Source: Candidatus Dactylopiibacterium sp.
GTDB lineage: Bacteria; Pseudomonadota; Gammaproteobacteria; Burkholderiales; Rhodocyclaceae
Assembly: GCA_031119555.1 (NCBI GenBank)
Contig: JAVHXQ010000005.1
Span: forward strand, 5,500 to 69,499
Reading direction: 5' to 3'
Length of the DNA: 64,000 nt
In this document: piece by piece, positions 56,151-64,000 of the stretch
How positions within the stretch are numbered: position 1 is the first letter of the stretch
Layout of the letters: the number at the start of each line of letters is the position of its first letter
Program-made: the position numbers and the translations under genes
Notes under the pieces: model-generated
What the model saw: the letters and a program-made list of their open reading frames with translations, nothing else
Told to the model about the DNA's origin: nothing
Databases searched by the model: none

Positions 56151-58334
56151 GTGTCCTCTGCCCCCCGTATCCTGCGTGTCGCCCTGCCGCTGCCGCGCCC
56201 GCTGCTGTTCGATTACCTCGCGCCGGCGGGCGTGACGGCAGCCGTGGGGCACTGCGCGCGCCTGCCTTTCGGCCCCGGCGAGAAGACCGGGGTGGTCGTC
56301 GCGCTGGACCCGGCGGACGCCCCGCCGCGCGACAAGCTCAAGGCGGCGCTGGAAATCCTCACCGACATCCCGCCCCTGCCCTCGTCCTGGCTCGCGCTCA
56401 CGCGGTTCGCGGCGCGCTACTACCAGCATCCGCTCGGCGAGGTGATTTCCACCGCGCTGCCGCCGGGCATCCGCCGTGCCGTGCGCCTGCCGCGAGACGA
56501 CGACCCGTGGCTCGCCGTCACCCCGGTGGGCCGCGCGGCGCTGGGCGAGGCGCGCCGCATCACGCGCGCGCTGGCCGCCGTGGAAGCGGTACAGGCGGCC
56601 GGAGCGCGGCGACGCAGCGCACTGCTGGGGGAGCTGGAGGGCGACGCGGCGGCGGCGATCCGCGAGGCCCGCCAGCGCGGCTGGCTGGAAACCGTGGCGC
56701 GGGCGGGCGAGCGCGACCCCATCGGCGCGCTGCCGTTGAACCCGCCACAGGCCGGGGCGGTCACGGCCGTGAATGCCGCGGCGGGCGACTTCCACCCCTT
56801 CCTGCTGTTCGGCGTGACCGGCTCCGGCAAGACCGAGGTCTATCTGCACCAGATCGCGCACACGCTGGCGCAGGGGCACCAGGCACTGATGCTGGTGCCC
56901 GAGATCGGCCTCACGCCGCAGCTCATGGAGCGCGTGGCGAGCCGCTTTCCGGGCGCCAACCTCGTCTCCCTGCACAGCGGGATGGCCGATGGCGCGCGCT
57001 CGCTGGGCTTCGTGCAGGCCCTCAAGGGCGAGGCCGACATCGTGCTGGGCACGCGCCTGTCGGTCTTCGTGCCGATGCCCCGGCTCGGTCTGATCGTGAT
57101 CGACGAGGAGCACGACGCCTCCTTCAAGCAACAGGACGGCCTGCGCTACTCGGCGCGCGATCTGGCGGTGTGGCGCGCGCGCCACGAGAAGCTGCCGGTC
57201 GTGCTGGGGTCGGCCACCCCGTCGCTGGAAACCTGGCTGCACGCCGAGGCGGGCCGCTACACGCGCCTCGACCTGCCCGCGCCGGCGGTGGCCGAGCGGC
57301 CGCCCGCGCTGAGACGCATCGACACGCGCCGCGCCAGGCTCGACCAGGGCCTCTCGCCCGGCCTCGTGAACGCCATCGGCGAACGCCTCGCGCGCGGCGA
57401 GCAAAGCCTCGTGTTCCTCAACCGGCGCGGCTATGCGCCGGTGATCGCGTGCCCGCAATGCAACTGGGTCAGCGCGTGCCAGCACTGCTCGGCGAACATG
57501 GTCTTCCATGCCGCCGACCGTCTCCTGCGCTGCCACCACTGCGGCGCCGAGGCCGCCGTGCCGCGCCTCTGCCCCACCTGCGGCAACCAGGACCTGCATG
57601 CCTTCGGGCGCGGCACGCAGCGGCTGGAGGAGCGTCTGGGCGAGCTCTTCCCGGCGGCCCGGATCGAACGCGTGGATCGCGACGCGGTGCGCACACCCGC
57701 GCAATGGGAGGCCGTGCGCGCGCGCATCGAGGCGCGCGAGATCGACGTGCTGGTCGGCACCCAGATGCTGGCCAAGGGACACGATTTCCCGATGCTCACG
57801 CTGGTGGGCATCATCGGCGCCGATGCCGGCCTCTACGCGGCGGATTACCGCGCGCCCGAACGCCTCTTCCAGCAGCTCATGCAGGTGGCGGGCCGCAGCG
57901 GGCGCGGCGAGCTGCCCGGCGAAGTGCTGGTGCAGACCGAGTTCCCCGAGCATCCGCTCTACGAACACCTCGCGCGGCGCGACTACACGGGCTTCGCCCG
58001 GCGCGAACTCGCCGAGCGGCGCCTGGCCGGTTTCCCGCCCTACGGCTTCCACGCCGTGCTGCGTGCCGAGGCGCCCGTGCTCGAGGCCGCCACGGCCTGG
58101 CTCGCGGGCGCGCGCGCCGAGGCCGAGGCCGAGGCCGGCGCGGTGCGGCTGTATGACGTGGTGCCCATGCGCCTCGTGCGCCGCGCGCGGCTCGAACGCG
58201 CCCAGCTCGTCATCGAAGCCGACGCCCGCCCGCCGCTGCAGGCGCTGCTGAGCGCGCTCATGCCGCGCCTCTACGCGCTGCGTTGCCCGCGCGAGCTGCG
58301 CTGGCACATCGACGTCGACCCGGGCGAACTCTGA
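56151..58334 (+). CDS. priA: primosomal replication-restart helicase PriA
   Basis: 727 aa with a GTG start. It has Walker A GVTGSGKTEVY, DExH (VIDEEHD), and a Cys-rich zinc insertion (CPQCNW..CQHC...CHHCG..CPTCG). Confidence 0.95.
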   Translation: MSSAPRILRVALPLPRPLLFDYLAPAGVTAAVGHCARLPFGPGEKTGVVVALDPADAPPRDKLKAALEILTDIPPLPSSWLALTRFAARYYQHPLGEVISTALPPGIRRAVRLPRDDDPWLAVTPVGRAALGEARRITRALAAVEAVQAAGARRRSALLGELEGDAAAAIREARQRGWLETVARAGERDPIGALPLNPPQAGAVTAVNAAAGDFHPFLLFGVTGSGKTEVYLHQIAHTLAQGHQALMLVPEIGLTPQLMERVASRFPGANLVSLHSGMADGARSLGFVQALKGEADIVLGTRLSVFVPMPRLGLIVIDEEHDASFKQQDGLRYSARDLAVWRARHEKLPVVLGSATPSLETWLHAEAGRYTRLDLPAPAVAERPPALRRIDTRRARLDQGLSPGLVNAIGERLARGEQSLVFLNRRGYAPVIACPQCNWVSACQHCSANMVFHAADRLLRCHHCGAEAAVPRLCPTCGNQDLHAFGRGTQRLEERLGELFPAARIERVDRDAVRTPAQWEAVRARIEAREIDVLVGTQMLAKGHDFPMLTLVGIIGADAGLYAADYRAPERLFQQLMQVAGRSGRGELPGEVLVQTEFPEHPLYEHLARRDYTGFARRELAERRLAGFPPYGFHAVLRAEAPVLEAATAWLAGARAEAEAEAGAVRLYDVVPMRLVRRARLERAQLVIEADARPPLQALLSALMPRLYALRCPRELRWHIDVDPGEL

Positions 58335-58433
58335 GCGCAACCGTGAAATTGTCCCGCATGCGCGCGTGACGCTGGATCAAGCGCGGGGGTGACCGGCCGT
58401 AGAAACACCTTCTGCCCCCTCCGGAGTTCCGCC

Positions 58434-60155
58434 ATGTCCGCGCCCCGTCCCCGCCCCCTGCGCTCGCTGCGCATGCGCCTGCTGCTCGCGCCCCTCGCCG
58501 CGCTGGCCGGCCTCTTCGTGCTGGGCCTGGTCGCGGTGTGGATGCTGCAGGACACGGCGCGCAGCGCACGCGAGCAGGCGCTCAGATCGGTGGTGGAAGT
58601 GGCCAGTGGCGTGGCGGCGCATTACGCCGCGCTCGAGCAGGCCGGCACGCTGGACCGCGCCGCGGCGCAGGCCCAGGCGCGCGCAGCGATCAAGTCGCTG
58701 CGCTACGGCGGCGTGGAGTATCTCTGGATCAACGACACGGGCACCCCCGTGCCGCGCATGGTCATGCACCCCACCGTGCCGGCGCTCGACGGCCAGCTGC
58801 TCGACAAGCCCGATTTCGCCCAGGCCAGCGCACTCTACAGCCCCGATCACGCCATCGACGAGCGCCTGGACCGGCGCAACCTGTTTTCGGCGATGGTGGA
58901 CATCGTCGGCCGCGCCGGCGAAGGCTTCGTCGCCTACAGCTGGCCCAAGCCCATCAAGACCGGCGGCGTGAGCAGCGAGCGCTTTCCCAAGCTTTCCTAC
59001 GTGAAGGGCTTCGCGCCCTGGGGCTGGATCATCGGCAGCGGCGTCTATGTCGACGACCTGCAGGCCCTCACGCGGCAGGCCCTGTTCGTCACGGGCGGCC
59101 TCACGCTGCTCATCGCGCTGCTGCTGGGCGGCGTGACCTTCGTCGTGCGCCGCAGCATCCTGCGCGAACTCGGCGGCGAAGTCTCGGCAGCCGTGGCGGT
59201 GGCCGAACGCATCGCCAAGGGCGATCTCGCCACGCCCGTCGCCGACGCCGCCGCGGCTCCGGCGCGCAGCCTGCTGCGCTCGCTCGAGACCATGCGCAGC
59301 GAGCTGCAGGAACTGATCCGCACCCTCTCGCACGAGTCCGAGCGCCTCTCGGCCGACATGAGCGCGCTGACGGCCGACGCCGCCGGCATGGGCGAACGCC
59401 TGGCGCGGCAGAAGGATTCCGAAGGCGCGGCGCTACGCATGGTCGAGGGCATGCGCAACCACATCACCGAGATCAGCACCCTGGCCGACGAGGCGGAGCG
59501 CAACGCGCAGCGCATCTCGGCACGCAGCGCCGAGGGCGAGGCCACGATGGCGCAGACCACGGCCGGCATGAGCCAGCTCGCCACGATCATGGAATCCTCG
59601 GCCAGCGGCGTGGAACAGCTCGCGGGGCAGGCACAGGACATCGGCGCGGTGATCGGCCTCATCAAGGAGATCGCCGAGCAGACCAACCTGCTCGCGCTCA
59701 ACGCCGCCATCGAAGCGGCGCGCGCCGGCGAACAGGGACGCGGTTTCGCGGTGGTGGCCGACGAGGTGCGCAAGCTCGCCGAACGCACCACCTCGGCCAC
59801 CGCCGGCATCGAGCGCACCATCGACCAGATCCGCGCCGACATCGGCCGCGTGGTCGGCGAGATCAGCTCCGCGCAGCCCGTGGTGGGGCGCGGCGTCAGC
59901 GACGCCGAGCGCACCGCCGGCCTGATCGCGGGGTTCCGCGCCGAAGCCGAGGCCACGCGCGCGGGCATGGAAGCGCTCAACCAGCTCGTCGCCAGCCAGG
60001 TGGCGAGCGCCAACGAAGTGGTCGGCGTGGTCGACGCCTCGATGCGGACCACCGAGGAGGCCGAAACGCTGCTGCGCAAGACCACGGGTGTCGCCACCGA
60101 AGCCGACGCGCGCGCCCACCAGCTGGCGGGCATCGCGCACCGCTTCAGGGTCTGA
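58434..60155 (+). CDS. methyl-accepting chemotaxis protein with periplasmic single-Cache-type sensor
   Basis: 573 aa from ATG 58434 (GGAG upstream). The order is TM1, a Cache-like segment (YLWINDT...MVMHP; [10 protein letters not shown]; [15 protein letters not shown]), TM2, HAMP, then the MCP signalling domain. Confidence 0.9.
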   Translation: MSAPRPRPLRSLRMRLLLAPLAALAGLFVLGLVAVWMLQDTARSAREQALRSVVEVASGVAAHYAALEQAGTLDRAAAQAQARAAIKSLRYGGVEYLWINDTGTPVPRMVMHPTVPALDGQLLDKPDFAQASALYSPDHAIDERLDRRNLFSAMVDIVGRAGEGFVAYSWPKPIKTGGVSSERFPKLSYVKGFAPWGWIIGSGVYVDDLQALTRQALFVTGGLTLLIALLLGGVTFVVRRSILRELGGEVSAAVAVAERIAKGDLATPVADAAAAPARSLLRSLETMRSELQELIRTLSHESERLSADMSALTADAAGMGERLARQKDSEGAALRMVEGMRNHITEISTLADEAERNAQRISARSAEGEATMAQTTAGMSQLATIMESSASGVEQLAGQAQDIGAVIGLIKEIAEQTNLLALNAAIEAARAGEQGRGFAVVADEVRKLAERTTSATAGIERTIDQIRADIGRVVGEISSAQPVVGRGVSDAERTAGLIAGFRAEAEATRAGMEALNQLVASQVASANEVVGVVDASMRTTEEAETLLRKTTGVATEADARAHQLAGIAHRFRV

Positions 60156-60242
60156 CGCGGAGGGCGGCGCGGCCAAGGTTCCGCTGGCGGGCGAGCCGGT
60201 CTACAATGACCGGCTCAGCATCCCACCCTCTGGAGCGAATCC

Positions 60243-61364
60243 GTGAAGCCCTCACTCAAGCCGAAGTCGCCGAATTTCTCGTCCGGTCCCTGCGCCAAGC
60301 GCCCCGGTTACTCGCTGGGCGCGCTGCCCACCGACATCCTCGGCCGTTCGCACCGCAGCAGCCTCGGCAAGGCACGCCTGGCCAGGTCGATCAGCGAAAC
60401 CAAGCGCCTGCTGGGCATTCCGGCGGATTACCACGTCGGCATCCTGCCGGCCTCCGACACCGGCGCCTTCGAGCTGGCGATGTGGAACCTGCTGGGCGCG
60501 CGCCCGGTGGACACCTTCGCCTGGGAATCCTTCGGTGAAGGCTGGGTGACCGACATCGTCAAGCAGCTCAAGCTCAAGGACGTGCGCTCCTTCAGCGCCC
60601 CCTACGGCGAGCTGCCCGATTTCGCGCAGTGGAACCCCCAGCACGACCTCGTGTTCACGTGGAACGGCACCACCTCGGGCGTCAAGGTGCCCGATGGCGA
60701 CTGGATCCCCGCCGACCGTGGCGGCCTCACCCTGTGCGATGCCACCAGCGCGGTGTTCGCGATGGAGCTGCCGTGGGAAAAGCTCGACGTGGTGACCTAC
60801 TCCTGGCAGAAGGTGCTCGGCGGTGAAGCCGCGCACGGCATGCTGGTGCTGTCGCCGCGCGCCGTGCAACGCCTGGCCGAGTACAAGCCGGCCTGGCCGC
60901 TGCCCAAGATCTTCCGCATCGCCAAGGGCGGCGAGCTCATGAAGGAAATCTTCGAAGGCTCGACGATCAACACGCCTTCGATGGTCGCCAACGAAGACTA
61001 CCTGGACGCGCTCGCCTGGGCCGACAGCATCGGCGGCCTGCCCGCGCTGATCAAGCGCTCCAACGACAACCTCGCCGTCTTCGAACGCTTCGTCGCGAAA
61101 ACGCCGTGGATCCACTTCCTCGCCAAGGACGCCGCCTCGCGCTCCAACACCTCCGTCTGCTTCTCGCTCGACGCCACGCCCGACCAGGTCAAGGCCCTCG
61201 TGAAGCTGCTCGACAAGGAAGGCGTGGCCTACGACATCGGCTCCTACAAGGATGCGCCCGCCGGCCTGCGCTTCTGGTGCGGCGCCACGGTCGAGACCGC
61301 CGACCTCGAAGCCGTGCTGCCGTGGCTGGAATGGGCCTACGCCGAGGTCACGCGCGCGGCCTGA
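60243..61364 (+). CDS. serC: phosphoserine transaminase (short SerC type)
   Basis: 373 aa with a GTG start. It contains [12 protein letters not shown] and [16 protein letters not shown] (PLP-lysine context). Confidence 0.85.
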   Translation: MKPSLKPKSPNFSSGPCAKRPGYSLGALPTDILGRSHRSSLGKARLARSISETKRLLGIPADYHVGILPASDTGAFELAMWNLLGARPVDTFAWESFGEGWVTDIVKQLKLKDVRSFSAPYGELPDFAQWNPQHDLVFTWNGTTSGVKVPDGDWIPADRGGLTLCDATSAVFAMELPWEKLDVVTYSWQKVLGGEAAHGMLVLSPRAVQRLAEYKPAWPLPKIFRIAKGGELMKEIFEGSTINTPSMVANEDYLDALAWADSIGGLPALIKRSNDNLAVFERFVAKTPWIHFLAKDAASRSNTSVCFSLDATPDQVKALVKLLDKEGVAYDIGSYKDAPAGLRFWCGATVETADLEAVLPWLEWAYAEVTRAA

Positions 61365-61385
61365 TCGCCGTCCGACCGCCCCCGC

Positions 61386-61411
61386 AACGCCCGGCCCGTG
61401 CCGGGCGTTTT
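61386..61411 (+). terminator. intrinsic terminator after serC
   Basis: A 10-bp stem AACGCCCGGC/GCCGGGCGTT with loop CCGT; with the stem's terminal TT, the following TT makes a TTTT run (61408..61411). Confidence 0.7.
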
Positions 61412-61485
61412 CACGTGGGGCGCCATGATCGCCGCGCCGCTACGGTAAAATCGCGCCCGCCTTTCATCCTCCGCCGGAACTCCGC

Positions 61486-62301
61486 ATGCCCTTCATCGCC
61501 GACCTCGCCGCCGCCTGGCAAAAGAACGATTCGCTCCTGTGCGTGGGGCTGGACCCCGACCTCGCGAAGTTTCCGGCGCATCTCAAGGGCAGGCCCGACG
61601 CCATCTACGAATTCTGCCGCGCCATCGTCGACGCCACGGCCGACATCGCCTGCGCCTTCAAGCCGCAGATCGCCTATTTCGCGGGCGAATCCGCCGAGGC
61701 CCAGCTCGAAGCGCTGATCGACCACATCCACGCCGAACACCCCGGCATCCCCGTGATCCTCGACGCCAAGCGCGGCGACATCGGCGCCACCGCCGCGCAG
61801 TACGCGCGCGAAGCCTTCGTGCGCTACCAGGCCGATGCGCTGACCGTGAATCCCTACATGGGCCTCGATTCGATCGAGCCCTATCTCGACTACCCGGACT
61901 GCGGCCTCATCGTGCTGTGCCGCACCTCCAACCCGGGCGGCTCCGACCTGCAGAACCTGACGGTCGAGGGCGGGCGCAAGCTCTACCAGCACGTCGCCTC
62001 CCTGGTCGCCGAAAAATGGAACCGCCACGGCCAGGCAGCGCTCGTCGTGGGCGCCACCTTCCCGCAGGAACTGGCCGAGGTGCGTGGCATCGTCGGCGAC
62101 ATGCCGCTGCTCGTGCCCGGCGTGGGCGCCCAGGGCGGCGACGTGCAGGCCACCGTGAGCGCCGGCCGGAGCGCTGCCGGCACGGGCCTCATGATCAATT
62201 CGTCGCGCGCCATCCTGTATGCCGGACACGACGAGGATTTCGCCGGCCAGGCGCGCCGCGTGGCGCTGGCCACGCGCGACGAGATCAACCGCTTCCGCTG
62301 A
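61486..62301 (+). CDS. pyrF: orotidine-5'-phosphate decarboxylase (long, type 2)
   Basis: 271 aa. It contains [27 protein letters not shown] and VNPYMG. Confidence 0.9.
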   Translation: MPFIADLAAAWQKNDSLLCVGLDPDLAKFPAHLKGRPDAIYEFCRAIVDATADIACAFKPQIAYFAGESAEAQLEALIDHIHAEHPGIPVILDAKRGDIGATAAQYAREAFVRYQADALTVNPYMGLDSIEPYLDYPDCGLIVLCRTSNPGGSDLQNLTVEGGRKLYQHVASLVAEKWNRHGQAALVVGATFPQELAEVRGIVGDMPLLVPGVGAQGGDVQATVSAGRSAAGTGLMINSSRAILYAGHDEDFAGQARRVALATRDEINRFR

Positions 62302-62471
62302 GCCCGAGGGCGCCCGGCAAGAGCCCGGCCGCCCGCGCCGGCCGGCATCGTTCCGGCCCGGCGCGCCCCTTTCGTCACGAAGCGTGTCCACGCCGCAGCG
62401 GCGTGGGAAATTGGTTGCCATTCGCAACGAAGCCGCTAGACTGTTGCTTATCGCAACCAACTGGCCGGATC

Positions 62472-62924
62472 ATGTCTGCCCCCTCCGCTTCCTCCACCGA
62501 GCTCGCCCGCCAGCTGCGCGAGCTCGTCGGTCTGTATCTCGTCGAACAACGGCGTTACGCCCACGACGCCGGCCTTTCCCAGCAAGGCCGCCTGCTCATC
62601 CTGCTGAAGAAGCACGGCCCCTGCGCCCAGGGCGAATTCGGCCGCCTCGCGGGGCTGGACAAGAGCTGGATCAGCCGCATCGTCGAACGCTTCGTGGCCG
62701 ACGGCCTCGTCGCCCGCACCCCGCTCGAGACCGACCGCCGCTGCCTCATGCTCGCCCTCACGCCGGCCGGGCTGGAAGAGGCCGGCCATTACGACGTGCT
62801 GCTCACGCGGCACGCCGAAAGCTTCTTCGAACGCATCCCCGCGCCGCAGCGCGGCACGCTCGCGCCCGCCCTCGACACCCTGCTCGCCGCGCTGCACGAC
62901 GCGGCCGGCCGCACGGAGGGCTGA
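62472..62924 (+). CDS. MarR family transcriptional regulator
   Basis: 150 aa. The wHTH reads LLILLKKHGPCAQGEFGRLAGLDKSWISRIVERFVADGLVAR..ETDRRC. It lies directly upstream of an MFS pump. Confidence 0.85.
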   Translation: MSAPSASSTELARQLRELVGLYLVEQRRYAHDAGLSQQGRLLILLKKHGPCAQGEFGRLAGLDKSWISRIVERFVADGLVARTPLETDRRCLMLALTPAGLEEAGHYDVLLTRHAESFFERIPAPQRGTLAPALDTLLAALHDAAGRTEG

Positions 62925-62927
62925 GGC

Positions 62928-64000
62928 ATGGACACCACGCTCCCGGGCGCGCGCTCGTTCCGCGCCTCGCTGGCCGCCATGGTCGGCATCTGTCTCGTCA
63001 TCATCCTGATCGCGCTCGACTCCACCGTGGTCGGCACGGCCATGCCGCGCATCGTGGCCGAGCTGCGCGGCTACGATCTCTACCCGTGGATCGCCTCGGC
63101 CTACCTCATGGGCAGCGCGGTGACGATTCCCATCGCCGGACGGCTGGGCGACCTCTATGGCCGCAAGCCCTTCGTGCTCGCCGCCATCATCCTCTTCACG
63201 GCCACCTCGGCGGCCTGCGGCTTCGCCGCGAGCATGACGCAACTCATGATCGCGCGCGGCCTGCAGGGCATAGGCGGCGGCATGCTGATCGGCGTGGCCT
63301 TCGCCTGCGTCCCCGATCTCTTCCCCGATCGCGCCCAGCGCGTACGCTGGCAGGTCCTGCTGTCGGCGAGTTTCGGCGTGGCATCGGCGGTCGGCCCCAG
63401 CCTGGGCGGCTGGCTCACCGAGCACTTCGGCTGGCGCTCGATCTTCACCATCAACCTGCCCGTCGCGCTCGTGGCGCTGCCCGTGGTGTGGCGCTTCCTG
63501 CCCCACATCGTGCACCACGAGGAAGGCGACCGCAGCATCGACTGGCTCGGCGCCCTGCTGCTGGCCGCCAGCGTCGTCATGCTGCTGCTGGGCTCGGAAA
63601 GCATCCAGGCCCACGGCGTGGCGCACCTGCCCGGCCCGCTGCTCATGCTCGCGGCCATCGCGAGCGGCGCGCTCTTCGTGTGGCACCAGCATCACTCGCG
63701 CTCGCCCATCATCCCGCCGCGCCTGTTCGCCAATGGCGACGCGCTCAAGCTCATGGCGCTGGGCGTGCTCACGGGCCTGTCGATGTTCGTCCTGGTGTTC
63801 TATTCGCCGCTGCTGCTGCAAGGAGGCTTCGGCGCCTCGCCCAAGCAGGCCGGCTTCCTCATGACGCCCCTGCTGGTCTGCATCACCGTCGGCAGCATCA
63901 TCAACGGCCGCCTGCTGCCGCGCGTAGCCCGTGCCGAGCGCGTGATCGCGTGGGGCCAGGCCGGCACGCTCGCGAGCTGCCTGCTGCTCACCCTGCTCGG
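62928..64000 (+). CDS. MFS transporter, DHA2 (EmrB/QacA-like) family, 5' part (runs off the window end)
   Basis: ATG 62928 lies 4 nt after the marR stop. The product begins MDTTLPGARSFRASLAAMVGICLVIILIALDSTVVGTAMPRIVAELRG...GRLGDLYGRKP. The frame stays open to nt 64000, so it is missing from the track. Confidence 0.85.
   Translation, partial: MDTTLPGARSFRASLAAMVGICLVIILIALDSTVVGTAMPRIVAELRGYDLYPWIASAYLMGSAVTIPIAGRLGDLYGRKPFVLAAIILFTATSAACGFAASMTQLMIARGLQGIGGGMLIGVAFACVPDLFPDRAQRVRWQVLLSASFGVASAVGPSLGGWLTEHFGWRSIFTINLPVALVALPVVWRFLPHIVHHEEGDRSIDWLGALLLAASVVMLLLGSESIQAHGVAHLPGPLLMLAAIASGALFVWHQHHSRSPIIPPRLFANGDALKLMALGVLTGLSMFVLVFYSPLLLQGGFGASPKQAGFLMTPLLVCITVGSIINGRLLPRVARAERVIAWGQAGTLASCLLLTLL

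Noticed and set aside
1-64000. A search by eye for tRNA/rRNA genes, CRISPR-like regularly spaced repeats, IS-element inverted repeats, integrase/transposase/phage genes, toxin-antitoxin pairs and known defence-system genes.
   Set aside because: None were recognised. Every ORF longer than ~100 aa with a credible start maps to housekeeping, transport or regulatory families. A computational scan (tRNAscan-SE, Infernal/Rfam, ISfinder, DefenseFinder/PADLOC) would be needed to confirm this negative result.

Overview
This is a 64-kb stretch of a high-G+C (roughly two-thirds G+C by eye) proteobacterial chromosome. The gene content (EarP plus EF-P with Arg32, SotB, a DcaP-type porin, a ~1900-aa fused UvrA, TrpRS with a C-terminal extension) suggests a Burkholderiales/Comamonadaceae-like betaproteobacterium; this is inference. 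I call about 58 tightly packed protein-coding genes, almost all housekeeping. They include glmU, pta-ackA, pepN, an amino-acid ABC transporter plus porin, dusA, tyrS, trpS, ald, putA, earP-efp, a UvrA-family giant, a TonB-dependent receptor, nadD-rsfS-rlmH-maf, ubiB, hemE, priA, serC, pyrF, two MCPs, and several Lrp/LysR/MarR/Crp regulators. I found no rRNA, tRNA, CRISPR array, transposase, integrase, phage gene or recognisable defence-system gene. I do not see a convincing self-contained novel system, and the window reads as core genome. The items most worth a second look are: (1) a single 1904-aa ORF encoding two complete but non-equivalent UvrA modules in tandem; (2) the 420-bp AT-richer hemE-priA spacer, which carries three clustered DnaA boxes and a duplicated 17-nt motif and is flanked by a codon-usage shift in the hemE 3' end; (3) an ~850-bp gene-poor gap next to a LysR gene; (4) a Fur-type palindrome and promoter with a ~290-nt leader ahead of an orphan ORF-hemP-(S4 paralogue) cluster; (5) several domain fusions and translationally coupled gene pairs. 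The many very long antisense ORFs in the track are high-GC artefacts. All coordinates include the stop codon. Start codons were chosen by hand from SD and homology cues and may be off by a few codons.
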